From the NCBI GenBank assembly GCA_951406725.2, contig OX597824.1, forward strand, positions 27,342,001-27,406,000: 64,000 nucleotides of DNA, read 5' to 3'. The stretch comes from Octopus vulgaris (taxonomy: Eukaryota). The notes under the pieces are model-generated. The model was not told the DNA's origin. It did no database searches and was given only the letters and a program-made list of their open reading frames with translations. The translations under genes and the position numbers were made by a program. Positions 12,089 through 25,682 of this stretch are shown one piece after another (the stretch's first letter is position 1; each line of letters begins with the position of its first letter).

Positions 12089-12325
12089 TACACAGAGAGA
12101 AAATAAACACAGAAAGAAGGAGAGAAAAAAAATGCGTGCAGTAACTAACGAATCAACATGGCGATCTGATTTCGGCCAGAGGTCAAAGATCAAACATGAG
12201 ACGCGAGAGCGAAATAAGGGGAGATAATAGGATTGATAATAGGGTTGAAGGACCAGCTATTAATGCGTAGGAGGGGTCTGGACGTGTGTATGTATAGGGT
12301 TGGTGTATGTATTAGTATGTATTAG

Positions 12326-12366
<41 letters not shown>

Positions 12367-12468
12367 AATCCACACATGAACAAGCAAGAAGAAACAACAA
12401 CGTGAGGACGTGGAATAAGTACAGTGATATTGGATGCTCAATAAAGGAAAGGAAAGGAAAGAAAGAGG

Positions 12469-12503
12469 ATTTCACGTTTCGAGCGGAGCTCTTCATCAGA
12501 AAT
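12469..12503 (-). ncRNA. Minimal hammerhead motif (perfect core, GUG at cleavage triplet)
   Basis: ATTT-CTGATGA-A-GAGC-TCC-GCTC-GAAACGTG-AAAT. Confidence 0.7.
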
Positions 12504-13266
12504 ATAAAAAAAAGTTCAGAGAAGGGAAGAGAGAGAAAGAAAATCGCCAACGATACATACGCGTTCACACATTGAAATGACCGCAAGGGAATGGGTGAAG
12601 AAAAAGTTCTTTCAAAGACAGCAGAGAGCAAAAGAAGGAGGTATGTGTGTATATGTGTGGGTATGTACATATATATATATTAAATATAAATCATGCATTT
12701 GGTATGAGTGTTTATGCTATATATATATATATATATGTTTCATATACGCCCATTCACTCACATACCCAGACTCACAAATACTCTCTAATCACCCATCCTA
12801 TTGCTAATTGAGTTATTTTCTCACTATTGTCTACTGTTAAAATTATCTTTACTCCCATCTTTCCGACTTTTCTTCAATCCAGTCTTTTACTTAACCTTTT
12901 CACAAGGTGTGTGTGTGTGTGTGCCTGTGGCTATACACACAGACACACACACAGACACACACATATATATATATATATATGTGTGTGCATTTATGTATAC
13001 ACATATATATATGTGTGTGTATATATATACATATATATATGTATACATTTATGTATACATATATATATATATGTATGTGTATATATATCCACATATATAT
13101 GTATACATATATATGTATGTATGTATATATATATATATATATATATATACATACATATATGTTATATATATGTACATATATATGCATACATATATATATA
13201 TGTATAGATATATACATATGTATACATATATATGTATATGTTTGTGTGTGTATATATATGCATGCG

Positions 13267-13298
<32 letters not shown>

Positions 13299-14677
13299 TT
13301 ATACATACGTACATATGTGTGTGTGTGTGTGTGTTCTGACACTCTTACTCTCCCACGAACTTTCACTATCTCTCTCTCTCTCCCTCTCTCTAAATTTATG
13401 AATCTTATTCTCTCTCCGTTTCACACATTGAATCTCTCACACATCTTTCTCGACCCCTCTCTCTCATTCACTCGTATTCATCGTCTTTCTTTCTCTCCCT
13501 CTCTCTCTCTCTTTCACACAAACACACACACACTCTCTCTCTCTCCTTCTCTTATATTTCTCTCCTCCCTCTTAATTATCACTTTGTCCAATTCACTTAG
13601 AGATTCTGTCTCTCACTACAACTCTTTCTCCCCCTCCCTCTCTCTGACTTATAACGTCACTCACCATTTACTCTCCCTTAGTCTCTCTCAGTCTCTCTTT
13701 CCTGTCTTTCTCACTCATTTAGCCAATCAAACGTCATTCATCTTTTCATTACTCTCCTTCTTGGACAATTTGCAGTCTCTCTAAGCAACCGCCACAACTT
13801 CCTCCCTTTTTCTCCCTCTATCACATTCTGTCACTCCATATCTCACTCTCCATGTGTCTCCGTCCATCTCCCCCTTTCCTTTCTCCCCTTTCTCCCATTT
13901 CTCCCTTTTCTCTCTCTCACTCTCTCACTCTCTCTCTTTCTTGTCCCTTCTCCTTCTCTCATACTTTCTTCCCTCCAACTCTCTATCTCTCTCTTGCTCC
14001 CTCTCTTTCCATCTCTCTTCCTTCCCCCTCACTTTCCTCCCTCTCCGTCTCTTTCTTTCTATTCCTCCATCGCCATACTCTCCTTGCTTTCTCGCCTCTT
14101 TCCCGTCATACGTTTCCATCCACCCATAACCGTTCCTTTCCTCCCTTCCCTCTTCCCCCTCTTTGACCCCCCTCTTTCCTCCCTCTTTCTCCACCTCCTT
14201 TCTCTCTTCCCCTCTATTGTCACACTCTCCCATTTTTTTCTCTCTCTGAATTCCCCACACTTGCCCCCTCTTTCCTCTATCCCCCTCTCTCTCATTCCTT
14301 CCTGACTCCCTCTCTCTTTTCTTTCTGTAACATCTTGATCTCACTTTACTAACAAGGACCATTCTCTCTCTCTCTCTCTCTCTCTCATATTCGGTCTGTC
14401 CATCATTTGTCTCTTTCTATATTTTCTTTCTTTTTCCTTTCTGTCACTCATTTCTTTCTGTCGTTTTTTGTTTGTCTATTTCTTTTTCTTTTCCTTCCTT
14501 CCTTCTGCCCTTCTATCTCTCTCTCCCTTCCTCCTTTTCTTTCTTTCCTTCTTTCGCACTTTCTTTCTCTCTTCCACTCATTCGTATATATAGAAATATA
14601 AAAGATGAAGAGTCTCGAACCATAGACTAGATCATGAATGGCCAAACCCTAACCACTAAGCCACGCGCCTCCACGCA

Positions 14678-14758
<81 letters not shown>

Positions 14759-15161
14759 GTCTGTCTGTCTACTTATATGTCTGTCTGTCTATCTATCTAT
14801 CTATACGAACACACACACACACACCGTAATTTATTTACTGCTCACATCCAGAAAGTGTCTTAATCAATTCCCCCACATTTCTCATAATCTGACAACCTTT
14901 CGTTCCTCCTTACACTTCACATGTCTTTTTCAGCCCCAATCGTCCGCCCTATCTCCAACACACACACACACACACACACACCGAACCACTCCACCCACGC
15001 CATACACTACTGACACACGTCTGCCACCTTACATAATACTCCCATTGTTTCTTACCGCCATATCTCAACCTCTTTTCTGTCTTCGCCTTTATCTCTGCAA
15101 TTATCTGATTTTTCTTTTGAAAAGATAAATACATATATACATACATACATACATACATACA

Positions 15162-15193
<32 letters not shown>

Positions 15194-15220
15194 CAAACAG
15201 ACACAGACACAGACACACAG

Positions 15221-15279
<59 letters not shown>

Positions 15280-15299
15280 GGTGGTAAATATATATATGT

Positions 15300-15557
15300 A
15301 TTCTTTTTATTCTATTGTTCTTTTATCTGTTTCAGTGAATTGACTGCTGCCATGCTGGAGTGCCGCCTTTTAGTCGAACAAATCAAATCCAAGACTTATT
15401 ATTCTTTGTAAGACTAGTACTTATTCCATCGGTCGCTTTTGCCGAACCGCTAAATTACGGGGACATAAACACACCAAAACTTACCCAAGGTGCCACGCAG
15501 TGGGACTGAATCCGGAACCATGTCGTTTGCAATCAAGATACGTACCACATAGTTACG

Positions 15558-15560
<3 letters not shown>
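15300..15560 (-). mobile_element. SINE family 2, internally deleted
   Basis: CCATGCTGGAG..GCCTTTTAGTCG..GCCGAACCGCTAA and GTGCCACGCAGTGGGACTGAA blocks. Confidence 0.8.
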
Positions 15561-15635
<75 letters not shown>

Positions 15636-15744
15636 CATACATACATATATATACATAGTGGAAGCCGATTATTGTAATCATAGGTAATATTAAACGGTTA
15701 TTATTGTCAATATTGTGGATCCGAAGCACACAGAGGATGCTGGT

Positions 15745-16405
15745 TTCAAATTTGGGCACGAAGCCAGAAATTTCGAGAGGCTAAAACGATTACATCAACG
15801 CCAGTGTCCAACTGGTACTTGTTTCATCGACTCCGAGGTGAAGAAAGGCAAAGTCCACCTGGACAGAATTTGAACTCAGAACGTAAAAATGGACCAAGTG
15901 CCGCTAAGTATTTTACCTGATGTGCTAAGGATTCTGCGAGTTCACCGTATCAAGATACTTGTTTCAAATTTTGGCACAAGGCCAGCAATTTCAGCGTGTG
16001 CGTAAGTCCATTACATCGACTCTACTGCTTAATTTGGTAGTTATTTTATTAACCCCGGAAGAATGAAAGACAAATTCGAGCTGAGCAGAATTTGAACTCG
16101 GGGCATAAAGACGGACGGAAAGCCGTTAAGCATTTTGTCCGTCGTGCTAATGATTCCGCCTGTTCCCCGTCTTAGGCACATCCAAGATATTGGTTTCAAA
16201 TTTTGGCACAAGGCCAGCAGTTTCGAGGAAGGGGTTAAAACGGTTACATCGACTGCAATGTTCAACTGGTACTTATTTCCATCGATCTCAAGAAGCATGA
16301 AAGTCGAAACCCGTTTCGGTAGAACTTGAACTCAAAGCATAAAGACAGACGAAATGCCGCTAAGCATTTCGCCCACCTTTTGAAGATCCTGCTAACTCGC
16401 CGCCT
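15745..16405 (-). mobile_element. Three tandem diverged copies of SINE family 3
   Basis: Repeated TTTCAAATTTTGGCACAAGGCCAGCA...GAATTTGAACTC...GCCGCTAAGCATTT blocks. Confidence 0.8.
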
Positions 16406-16463
16406 GAAGGGCAGTAGGGATATTGCTTTACTGTCTTATATTGTCGTGTCTTTTTCCTAAGTA

Positions 16464-16975
16464 TTGAGTCATCCCATAAATAATGCGTTTTTTATATATT
16501 TCTTATATTTTTCAAAATTCAGGTAAGCAAAATTCTTTTTGAATCTGAAATATACTCTCCTTCATTTTCTACAATGCTCTTCCATCTATCTGGTAGACTT
16601 GCAAGGCTCCTCTTCCTAAACTCACTTGTCTGTGACGAAAATTACTCCTCCAGTACTGTTCTGACCTCGTCTACATAATTCATATTTTTTCCGGCCAAAT
16701 GATTTTGAAGGATACGGAATAATTGATAATCAGATGGGGCAATGTCTGGCAAATATGGTGAGTGGGGCAGCGTTTCCCATTCAAACTGCTCCAGCCTTTG
16801 GAATGTCATCCTCGCTGTATGTGCCTGAACATTATCCTGATGGAAGAGCACTTCTCTTCTTGACACCAAAGATGGTTGTTTTTCTTCTAGTGCTGGTGTC
16901 AATGAATGGTTGAAGTACCAAATCCAAGCTTCTCTGCTAGTTCCTCAACAGTTCTTCAACGCAACATTCTAAAGT
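16464..16975 (-). mobile_element. mariner (DD34D) transposase 3' remnant with one TIR
   Basis: VLFHQDNVQAHTA...LPHSPYLPDIAPSDYQLFRILQNHL matches the mariner HDNA / YSPDLAPSD motifs; TA + TTGAGTCATCCCATAAATAATGCG terminus. Confidence 0.9.
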
Positions 16976-17025
16976 AAAGAGGTGCCTCCTCCTCTTCCTC
17001 CTCCTCCTTCTCCTCCACCACCACC

Positions 17026-17092
<67 letters not shown>

Positions 17093-17403
17093 ACTGTATC
17101 GTTGTCGTTGTTGTTCTGCTCATAAGAACCACACCCAAATTTGCTTTGTTAAGCCTGCGGGCTAAGTAGCAGCTGATAACAAAAAATGCATTATAGCAAG
17201 CCACAAATAGTTGGATAGTGAAAGAATTATACAGGCCAGATGGACATGTCTGTATATATGTGTATATGTATGTATGTGCGTATATATGTGTATGTATGTA
17301 TGTATGTATGTATGTATGTATGTATGTATGTATGTATCTATCTATCTATCTATCTATCTACTACCTGTCTATGTACATATCTCTTCCCCTCTGTCTGTCT
17401 CTG

Positions 17404-17439
<36 letters not shown>

Positions 17440-17445
<6 letters not shown>

Positions 17446-17785
17446 TTGTTTCAGTCATTAGACTGCGCCCTTCCTGGGTCACTGCCCGAAAGAATTCTAG
17501 TCGAACGAATCGACTCAAAGATATATTTTATTTAAGCCTAGTACTTATTCTATCGTCCACTTTTGCCGAACCGCTATTTTTAAAGGGATATAAACACTCC
17601 AATACCGCTTACCAAGTAGTGACAACGATGAACACAAAGGTACACACATATATATGACGGGTTTCTTTCAGTTTCCGTCTACCATATCTAGTCAGAAAGC
17701 TTTGGTCAACTCGAGGATATCGTGGGTGACATTTGCCCAAAGTGACACTGATGGGGACTGGACCCAGAACCCTGTGGTTGGGAAC
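17440..17785 (-). mobile_element. SINE family 2 (diverged)
   Basis: TACTTGTTTCAGTCATT...TTTGCCGAACCGC...TTCAGTTTCCGTCTACC. Confidence 0.8.
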
Positions 17786-19618
17786 TCGACTGAGGAAAGA
17801 AAATTCTGAATGACTCGTCCTTGTTTTCTTTGTCTCATCTGTCTGGATGTTTTGTTGTCCCGTTTTTGTTGTATCACCTAACTGTCTGGATGTTTTGCGT
17901 TCTTGTCCCATCTTTGTATTTTATATATATATATATATTTATATATGATATATTATAGTTTTACAGTTGTTATATATACATTCATATATGTGTGTATGTG
18001 TATCGATCTCTCTTGCTCCTCTCTCTCTGTCTCTTTACAGTCGTGATTAGTAGTTTGGGACAAAGGTTTGAAAATTTGAATTTTATATTAAATGCTCAAG
18101 TATATAGGTTGTATATATTTGAATTGAAATGTATTTGTGTATAACAATTTTTATTTAAAATGGTAAAGCGAAAGTTGGTGGCCAATAAAAGCAGCCTTAA
18201 ATTAAAATAGCCTTCTATATATCTTTACATATAAAAGCTGATGTAAATACATCGTTAAAAATTCAAATTTACTGTGGTATTTGTCCAGAGATAACATCTC
18301 TTATGGATGTGCTGGAGTATGTAGCTGTGAATATACAACAAGACGAGGTACTCTCTATTGAAAGCTTGTTTACTGCTGTCTTGCTCAACCAGGCCTACAA
18401 TGAAGTAAAGCTATATATCTAAAATGATTAAGAAACGACAGTTCCTTTTCTATGCTAGATTTACGTATAAACTAACGAAGCCATACATTCACGATTCGCA
18501 TGGGAATAATATTAAAACGCATTAGTTTATGAATTGTTTATAGAATTTCTGGTGTAATTAGATTTTTTTAAAGATCTTTATTTAGAAACCTGTAATTTCA
18601 AGTTCGATTACATTGCATGGCACTATCAGGTAATTTGTGAGGTCTCTCATGAGTGTTTGTCGTTACATGGACTTCAGTACAACCTGCTGCATGGCCAGAT
18701 AGTCGGTGACTAAACCAGCACCCCAGCTAGGTTTGCCAGGACTAAAAACAAAACCTGTCAAAAGGACGGATGAGCTTAGTGTAGACTTAACGTCTATCTA
18801 CTCATAGTAAGAGCTCTCAGTAATTGTGGGCTGGTGTCCAGCATGCTAGAAGACCACTGGAAATGAAGAACCCTTCAACTTTTATTAAAGCTTCAAACAT
18901 AGCCTACGTCTGCTTCGATAATCGGCGGTGATTTGGTCAGCGAATCCTCTGCGACGATCGATAGTTAACGGTAAGATAAACTGCTACGGAGCTCAATATC
19001 CCAAAGTGTGTATGCTTGTGACTAAGGACCACATGTGAACTTGTATTCTTACTGAAACTCAGAACACGAACTCTACACCTCAGCAGCAGATGTGCTCAAT
19101 ATTCGTAAGAGACGTAGTTAACTCGTTGGTCGGAGCCGGCTCAACCTCAACTCGGATGAATGCCACAGTGAGTACAAGTACAAAGTACTGAGCATGTATC
19201 ACCTACCATCTCTTCGGAGTTCAAGTGAAAATGAGTGGACTGAAATTTTATAGATGTCCATTAAGTGTCGCCTAGCCTTTATATAACTTAGGACCACACC
19301 AAGTGTAATTCTGTTACTAATCACTTGAACGATTGTGGTAAATGATTGGATGGGTTAAATACATGTTTATTTTTTTCGGCTCGTGTCTGATGAGTGAGTC
19401 GCAATATCAGAATATCCTATTCTATAACAGCGTTTTCGTTGACTCCATGGACAAGGCACATCACACGTAAAATATCTGTAATTAAGTGCAGGTGCAAAAG
19501 TAAGATTTGCTGCTTAGTAGTAACCACAGCATAGAACCATTGCAAGCCGACAATGAAAATTTTGAATTTGGACATATGTGAATTTTTGTGAAATTAATGT
19601 GAGAAAGACTCGAATATA

Positions 19619-19998
19619 CAGGATGCCGCAAAAGTCACGCACCACCCCAATGATGAGAAAAACTGGTTACATAGGCGTTATGATAATCTTTTATTTCATT
19701 TATATAACATTGATTATCATAAAATTATTAACTCACAACAGAAAACTGGTTAGAAGTATTGTTCAAAGTGATTTCCTTCTCATTCAACACATTACTGAAA
19801 GCGAAACCAAAGAGAATTTTGTACATTATTTAAGATTTCAATGTCAAACTTTGCACATTGAATTCTAATGCTTTCTTTTAATTCTTCAACACTACCGGGA
19901 CGAGTTGTATAGACAACGGACTTAAGATGATCTATGAGAAAAAGTCAAGGGGAGTTAGGTCTGGGGATCTCGGAGACCAAGACACAGGAGCTCGTCTT
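19619..19998 (-). mobile_element. Tc1/mariner-superfamily 3' remnant (PRSPDLTPLDFF type, DD37D/DD41D-like)
   Basis: Minus-strand RAPVSWSPRSPDLTPLDFF / HLKSVVYTTRPGSVEELK; terminus TA-CAGGATGCCGCAAAAGTCACG. Confidence 0.8.
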
Positions 19999-21125
19999 TC
20001 AGTTCACTGATAAGGCACTAAAAAGAATAATAATCCTGTTGTGAATATTCATCACATTTACTTTCAAAAAATAAATATGAAGAATTCGTTTTTGGATTTG
20101 GTTTGCAAGATTCTTTAGTCAAGACTATTGAAAAGGTTGCAAGACGCAACGAAAATTTTAAGAAAATATAAATAAGAAATAAGTGGAAATTTTACCGGTG
20201 AGTGTGTTACATTATAAGGCACAAAAAGAAAATGACTCTCCCCAGACACAACAAAATATGAAGATGTTATAGTAAAGGGTTATTTCACTGACTAGCTCAT
20301 AAAATCATCATATTGAGCTATACCGCAAAAACTTATCAAATTTATGTATTAATCACAACCGAAAAAGTCTAATATATCGTCAGCGAAATAATCGAACTCA
20401 CTCCGGTACTGAGTGAAGCTACTTTTGTAACTATCATTACATGAGAACAGAATTTTCAGGAGCAACAAGAAAGAAATCCATAAAAATAAGAAAGAAATAG
20501 AAAAAGAAAGAAATGAATAAAAGGGAAGAACCACGAGAAAAGAGAAGAAAATGGAGAAAAGACACGTTAAATGTAGAACAAATGAGAAAGAAAATGTATA
20601 GAAATAAAATGGTTGAGGGCGATAAGAGATTTTTCTCCACGAAACAAGCTAATTAAGACTTGTCTTTCTAATGAGTGATTGTTTAGATGTAACATCATTG
20701 AGTAGCAGACGACATGTATAACACCAACGGCAGCCATTACTGCAGTCTAACTTTGACTTTAATAATAATAAAACAAAAAATAAAATATAAAACAATGTCC
20801 CCTCCATCTAGTGAAACAAGGGAAGTAATTAGGACATTGATGTTTGGTGGCATTAATGTGGTCGTGAGGGGGGTTGTGGTTGTGGTGTTGGTAGTTGTAT
20901 TAGTAATGGTGGTAGAGGTCGTGTAGTTGGTGTTGGTGGCGGTGGTAGTAAGAGCAGTAGTGTTAATGGTGTTGTTGGCTTTAGTGGTTGTGCTAGTAAT
21001 GGTCGTAGCGGTAGTGTTAGTAATAATGTATTTACTTGTAGTGATGGTAGTGTTGAGGTGAGAAGTGCGGACCAATAGGTGTCTGATAATAGAAAAGGAA
21101 AATGTGATAGATAGATAAACAGAGG

Positions 21126-21182
<57 letters not shown>

Positions 21183-21533
21183 GTAGGTAGGTAGATAGAT
21201 AGATAGATTGAGAGAGAATAGGAAGAAATGAAGAGATTGATAAAGAAAGACCATTAGCTGGCTAGCTAGATATATTGATAGATAGATAACTACACTGGAA
21301 GACAAAGATATATCGATATATAGCTAGATAAGTATTTAGACTGATAACAGTGGCGTATAGTAGTAGTTGTTGAGCTGCCACGTCTCATGCCACCAAATAT
21401 GAAGCAGGGGCACAACAAAAGTTTTCCATTATGGTTGGTGATAGAATTAATCACTTTAATATTTGTAATGAATTTGTCATTTTCGATGGATGTGCAACGT
21501 ACACCAAGTACACTCGGAATATATTACCCTGAT

Positions 21534-21587
<54 letters not shown>

Positions 21588-21791
21588 AGAGAGAGAGAGA
21601 GGGAGAGAGAGAGCAAAGTGTACGTACGCTGCAATATATATATATATATATATATATGTATACGACCGTCTTTACGTTCTCAGTTCAAATCCCGCCATGG
21701 TAAACTTTGTCTTTCATCATTTCGGGACTGATAAAATTATTAGTTGAACATGGGGCCGAACTTGCTGGACTTATGCCAAAATTTGAAGCCA

Positions 21792-22224
21792 TTATTACCT
21801 CCACCTTAGCGAAATCGGAGGTATTGTTTTCAGTCGTGTTTGTTTGTTTGTTTGTCTGGATGGATTCTGATGATATTTGGTACAAACTGGTTAGATTTTG
21901 GGATCGATCTGGTTGCCGTGGTAAATATCTAAAGAACCGGCGGATGGATTCGGATGAAACATTCAGGGATATTTTGTCTGGTAACTAGCACAAACTGATT
22001 AGATTTTGAGATCGATCCGGTAACGGACGGGGATTCTGAATAATTTTTCCTGCTTTTTTACTTAATTTTTGAGAGCAGACTGGTTCATTTTTAGTATTCT
22101 CGTTTGTGAGAGCAGTCGAGTTTATTTCAGATATTCTCATTTTTAAAAATCATCTCTGGCTAATCGTTGAGTGGGCGTTTGTGTTGCCTTGGCGGAGGTT
22201 TGCTCTCTGAGTGCTTTTGTTAGT
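21792..22224 (+). mobile_element. DINE-1/HINE-like (Helentron-associated) non-autonomous element
   Basis: 5' TTATTACCTCCACCTT..GGAGGT stem followed by (GTTT)n; internal direct repeats ACAAACTG.TTAGATTTTG.GATCGATC.GG; 3' CCTTGGCGGAGGT subterminal inverted repeat and GCTCTCTGAGTGC end. Confidence 0.7.
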
Positions 22225-22841
22225 ATTAGTACTGGGGGAAAAAGGAAGAGAAGCAGGAGAAAGTGAAGGGGGCAGTAGCAATAGTGGTGTACACAATTCA
22301 CCTTCAGTATTAGACTTCAAACATCATGACTCCCTCCCTCCCTTCCTCTCTCTCCCCTCTATCTCCCCATTCTCCCCTCCCTCTCTCTTTCTCTCACATC
22401 AAAAGCTAAACCTTCAGAATAGTCTCTTATCTTTAGTCTGTTATTTAAAGCCTGATCTTTTCATATTTATCGCATATTTACGATGCTTTATCACACACAA
22501 CTCGTTTCTGTGTTGTCTGTCAGTACGTTTCTTTCTCTTGCCATTCCTCTCATTCGCAGGCGCCACCCCCGTTTATTCAGCTCTCCTTTCTCTTTATCCC
22601 CCCACCCCCAATTATACCTGGCTATCTTCGTCCTCTCACGTTTCCTTTCTCCCTCTTCTACCAGTCCATTCCGTCCTCCACTTTCTGTGTACATATATGC
22701 GGTAAGGAGCTTGCTTACCAACCTCATGGTCCTGGGTTCAGTCCAATTGCGTGGCACTATGGACAAGTATTTTCTACTATAACCACGGGTCGACCAAAGC
22801 CTTGTGAGTGGATTTGGTAGAAGGAAACTGAAAGAATACCC

Positions 22842-23244
22842 CAGATTTGCTCGTCAGCTGCTCGATCGTAACCAGTTGAGCATATCCCTTAGTGTCTGAC
22901 ATGTGCATCTCTGGTCGCGATCAAGAGTATCATAACCATGTCTTGAAGGGGATTCCTTGGGGTTGGAATAATTCATCCCATGAAACATGGGTGTTTTGTT
23001 CATCGTCTTTCAACAACACTTATTCAGGAGCATTTTGAGCAGGCTGACTCTGAAGAAAATTGGTATTCGGCTCCACTAGCAAGGTAATGCACTGTTTATC
23101 TTGATATGAGGTTAGCATGTCGTGCATATATGGTTGTGGCGCACGAGGTATATATACACTTGTAAGGCGTCTAAACAATATTGGCATAATGGGTTCCGTA
23201 TATTTGTATCCAAGTGTCACATGGTGTGTGCTGCCCTCTCACTC
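22842..23244 (+). mobile_element. Interspersed repeat family 4 (SINE-like, (TAA)n tail), 5'-truncated
   Basis: Colinear with 60292-60832; ends CTCTCACTC-(AAT)n. Confidence 0.8.
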
Positions 23245-23251
23245 AATAATG

Positions 23252-23304
<53 letters not shown>

Positions 23305-23510
23305 TCTGTTCTTTGTTTGATTTACGGGGTGAGCGCGAACGCAGACCCCACACTTAGAAATAGCGCACCCGAGTCACCCACATTTGGGGCGATCGCAAAG
23401 GTCAACCCAACCGGAGTAGAATAATGGGAATGCATACAATGAGCTTCTTTACCCTAGGAGTATGGAAAACACTCGGCGAGGAACGGAAGAAAATTTGAAG
23501 AAAGAAGGAA
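23305..23510. other. Unclassified GC-richer insert within a (TAA)n array
   Basis: About 205 bp of complex sequence flanked on both sides by (AAT)n. Confidence 0.5.
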
Positions 23511-23537
23511 ATAATAATAATAATAATAATAAAAATG

Positions 23538-23594
<57 letters not shown>

Positions 23595-24406
23595 TTAATA
23601 ATAATAATAATGATTCTCAATTTTTGGTTCAAGGTCACCAATGCTGAGAGAAGGGTGTAGACAATTACGTCAGTCACTGTCCTTGACTGAGTCTTCATTC
23701 GATATGCTGTGGATACCGATTGATAAGGGCTGAAAATCACAGATTACTTAAACGAATGAACTACTAGATTGCCCTCAATATACGCTCTCATGTTTTAAAG
23801 GAGAGCAGTTTCGTCAATATTGTCCGCGGTGCAAAATTTATATTTTTTTTTAGAATAAAGTGTACATGCTGGCCTAGATTGTCTTATATCATCGGTGTTT
23901 TTTTATATTCGATCAGAGCTTACTTCGAGTTAAACAACAAAAGCAATAGCGATAGCAACTATTGCAGTATCTGCGAATAACACAAAAGCAACAAGGCATA
24001 GCGTCATCAGCGATCGCAAAAGCAGTTGCAACATCAAAAACAAGAACATTAACGAAAACAAAATTTGCAACAATTTCAACTTTTAATATCGATAAAAATC
24101 TATAAATAGCGCCAGAAAGAACTGTATAAGCAATAGTGGCATTTCCATACAGAGCCAGACGGTGCTAAACGGAACCTAACGGAACAAGACAAGACTGCAC
24201 GAGAACAGACGAAACTAGATAGTACCTGGTAGAGGGGATATATATATATCTATCACGAGATTTGTTTGCATTCAAACATATATGGAAATATTGTAGAATA
24301 TTAAATATATAGGATTCATATAATCAAAATAAGCAACAAGGTTATCCAGAGGTAATGTAGTACGATCGTATAGATTCATATGTATGTACGTATGTATGTA
24401 TATATG

Positions 24407-24446
<40 letters not shown>

Positions 24447-24492
24447 TGCTTGTGTGTGCATTTGTGAGAGGGCTCTGTTCGTGTAAACGTTG

Positions 24493-24555
<63 letters not shown>

Positions 24556-24641
24556 ACAGAGATAGCTAGCTAGATAAGTAGATAGATATACATATATATG
24601 TGTGTGAGTGTGTAGCTATATATATATTTATATATATGAAT

Positions 24642-24682
<41 letters not shown>

Positions 24683-25614
24683 CATTCTAACGCACAATCA
24701 TATATATATATATATATATATATTTATGTTGGCACACACACGCAATCGTACATGCTGATCTATATGTAAAATCATGAATATATGCGTGTGTTTGTATGTA
24801 TATAAATATATATGTCTATATATATACGTATATTTCTGCACACACCTATGTATGAGTGTGTATGATAATGTTCGTGTTAGTGTATGTGTGTCTGTCTATG
24901 TGGGTCTTTATTGTGAGGGAAAGCAAAACGAGAAAGCGAGGCACGTGGAGGTTGAATGGGTGTGCTGACAATAAGTAGATAAAATATAAGAAATAAAAGA
25001 ACAAAACAATACGAAAAAACAAAAAAACAAAACAAAACAAATAAAGAACACAAGACAATGAAGAGGAAAGAGGAGTAATAAAAGCAATAATAGTTTGTTG
25101 GGTGTTGACATTGTCTGTGGAAGAAACTGAATTTAATTAATAGAATGTCTGTTTACCTAAGATAATTCCAAGATGGCTTATTCTGTCAGTTAAACAATAC
25201 GTTTTTGTTCTGCAATGAATGTTAACATATAAACATCTGAAAGTCTGTGGAGGTGAAATTTCAAAAGAACCTTTATTTTTTTTTGTTCGGTTTTATTACT
25301 GTTTTTGTTGTTTTTACTTGTTCCACGCCAAGTATTTCGATATTTCTTTTGCATTGGTTATTTCTTAGATCTTGACACATTAGCTAAACTACTTTTTGGT
25401 CGAAATGTGCGGAAAAACAGAAAAAAAAAGAAGAAATAAGAGAAACAAAGAAACGCAAACATATAAAGAAAATGGCGGTGAGTTTGGTTTTCTCTCAGCG
25501 GTCAGTGTTTGTTGAAAGCATAATTTATTGTTTCACACGTCGTTCATTTTTATCCATCGCTTTCGCCCTCACCTTCTTTCTCTTTATGTATATTCATCTC
25601 TTTACTGACCTTCT

Positions 25615-25682
<68 letters not shown>

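Noticed and set aside
12801-14630. 327-aa ORF and neighbouring Leu/Ser-rich ORFs
   Set aside because: (TA)/(TG) and polypyrimidine low-complexity sequence.
19385-19410. CTGATGAG as a hammerhead core
   Set aside because: No GAAA or stems I and III downstream.
20278-20392. CTGACGA on the minus strand as a hammerhead
   Set aside because: Simple 13-bp inverted repeat; no GAAA/NUH in register.
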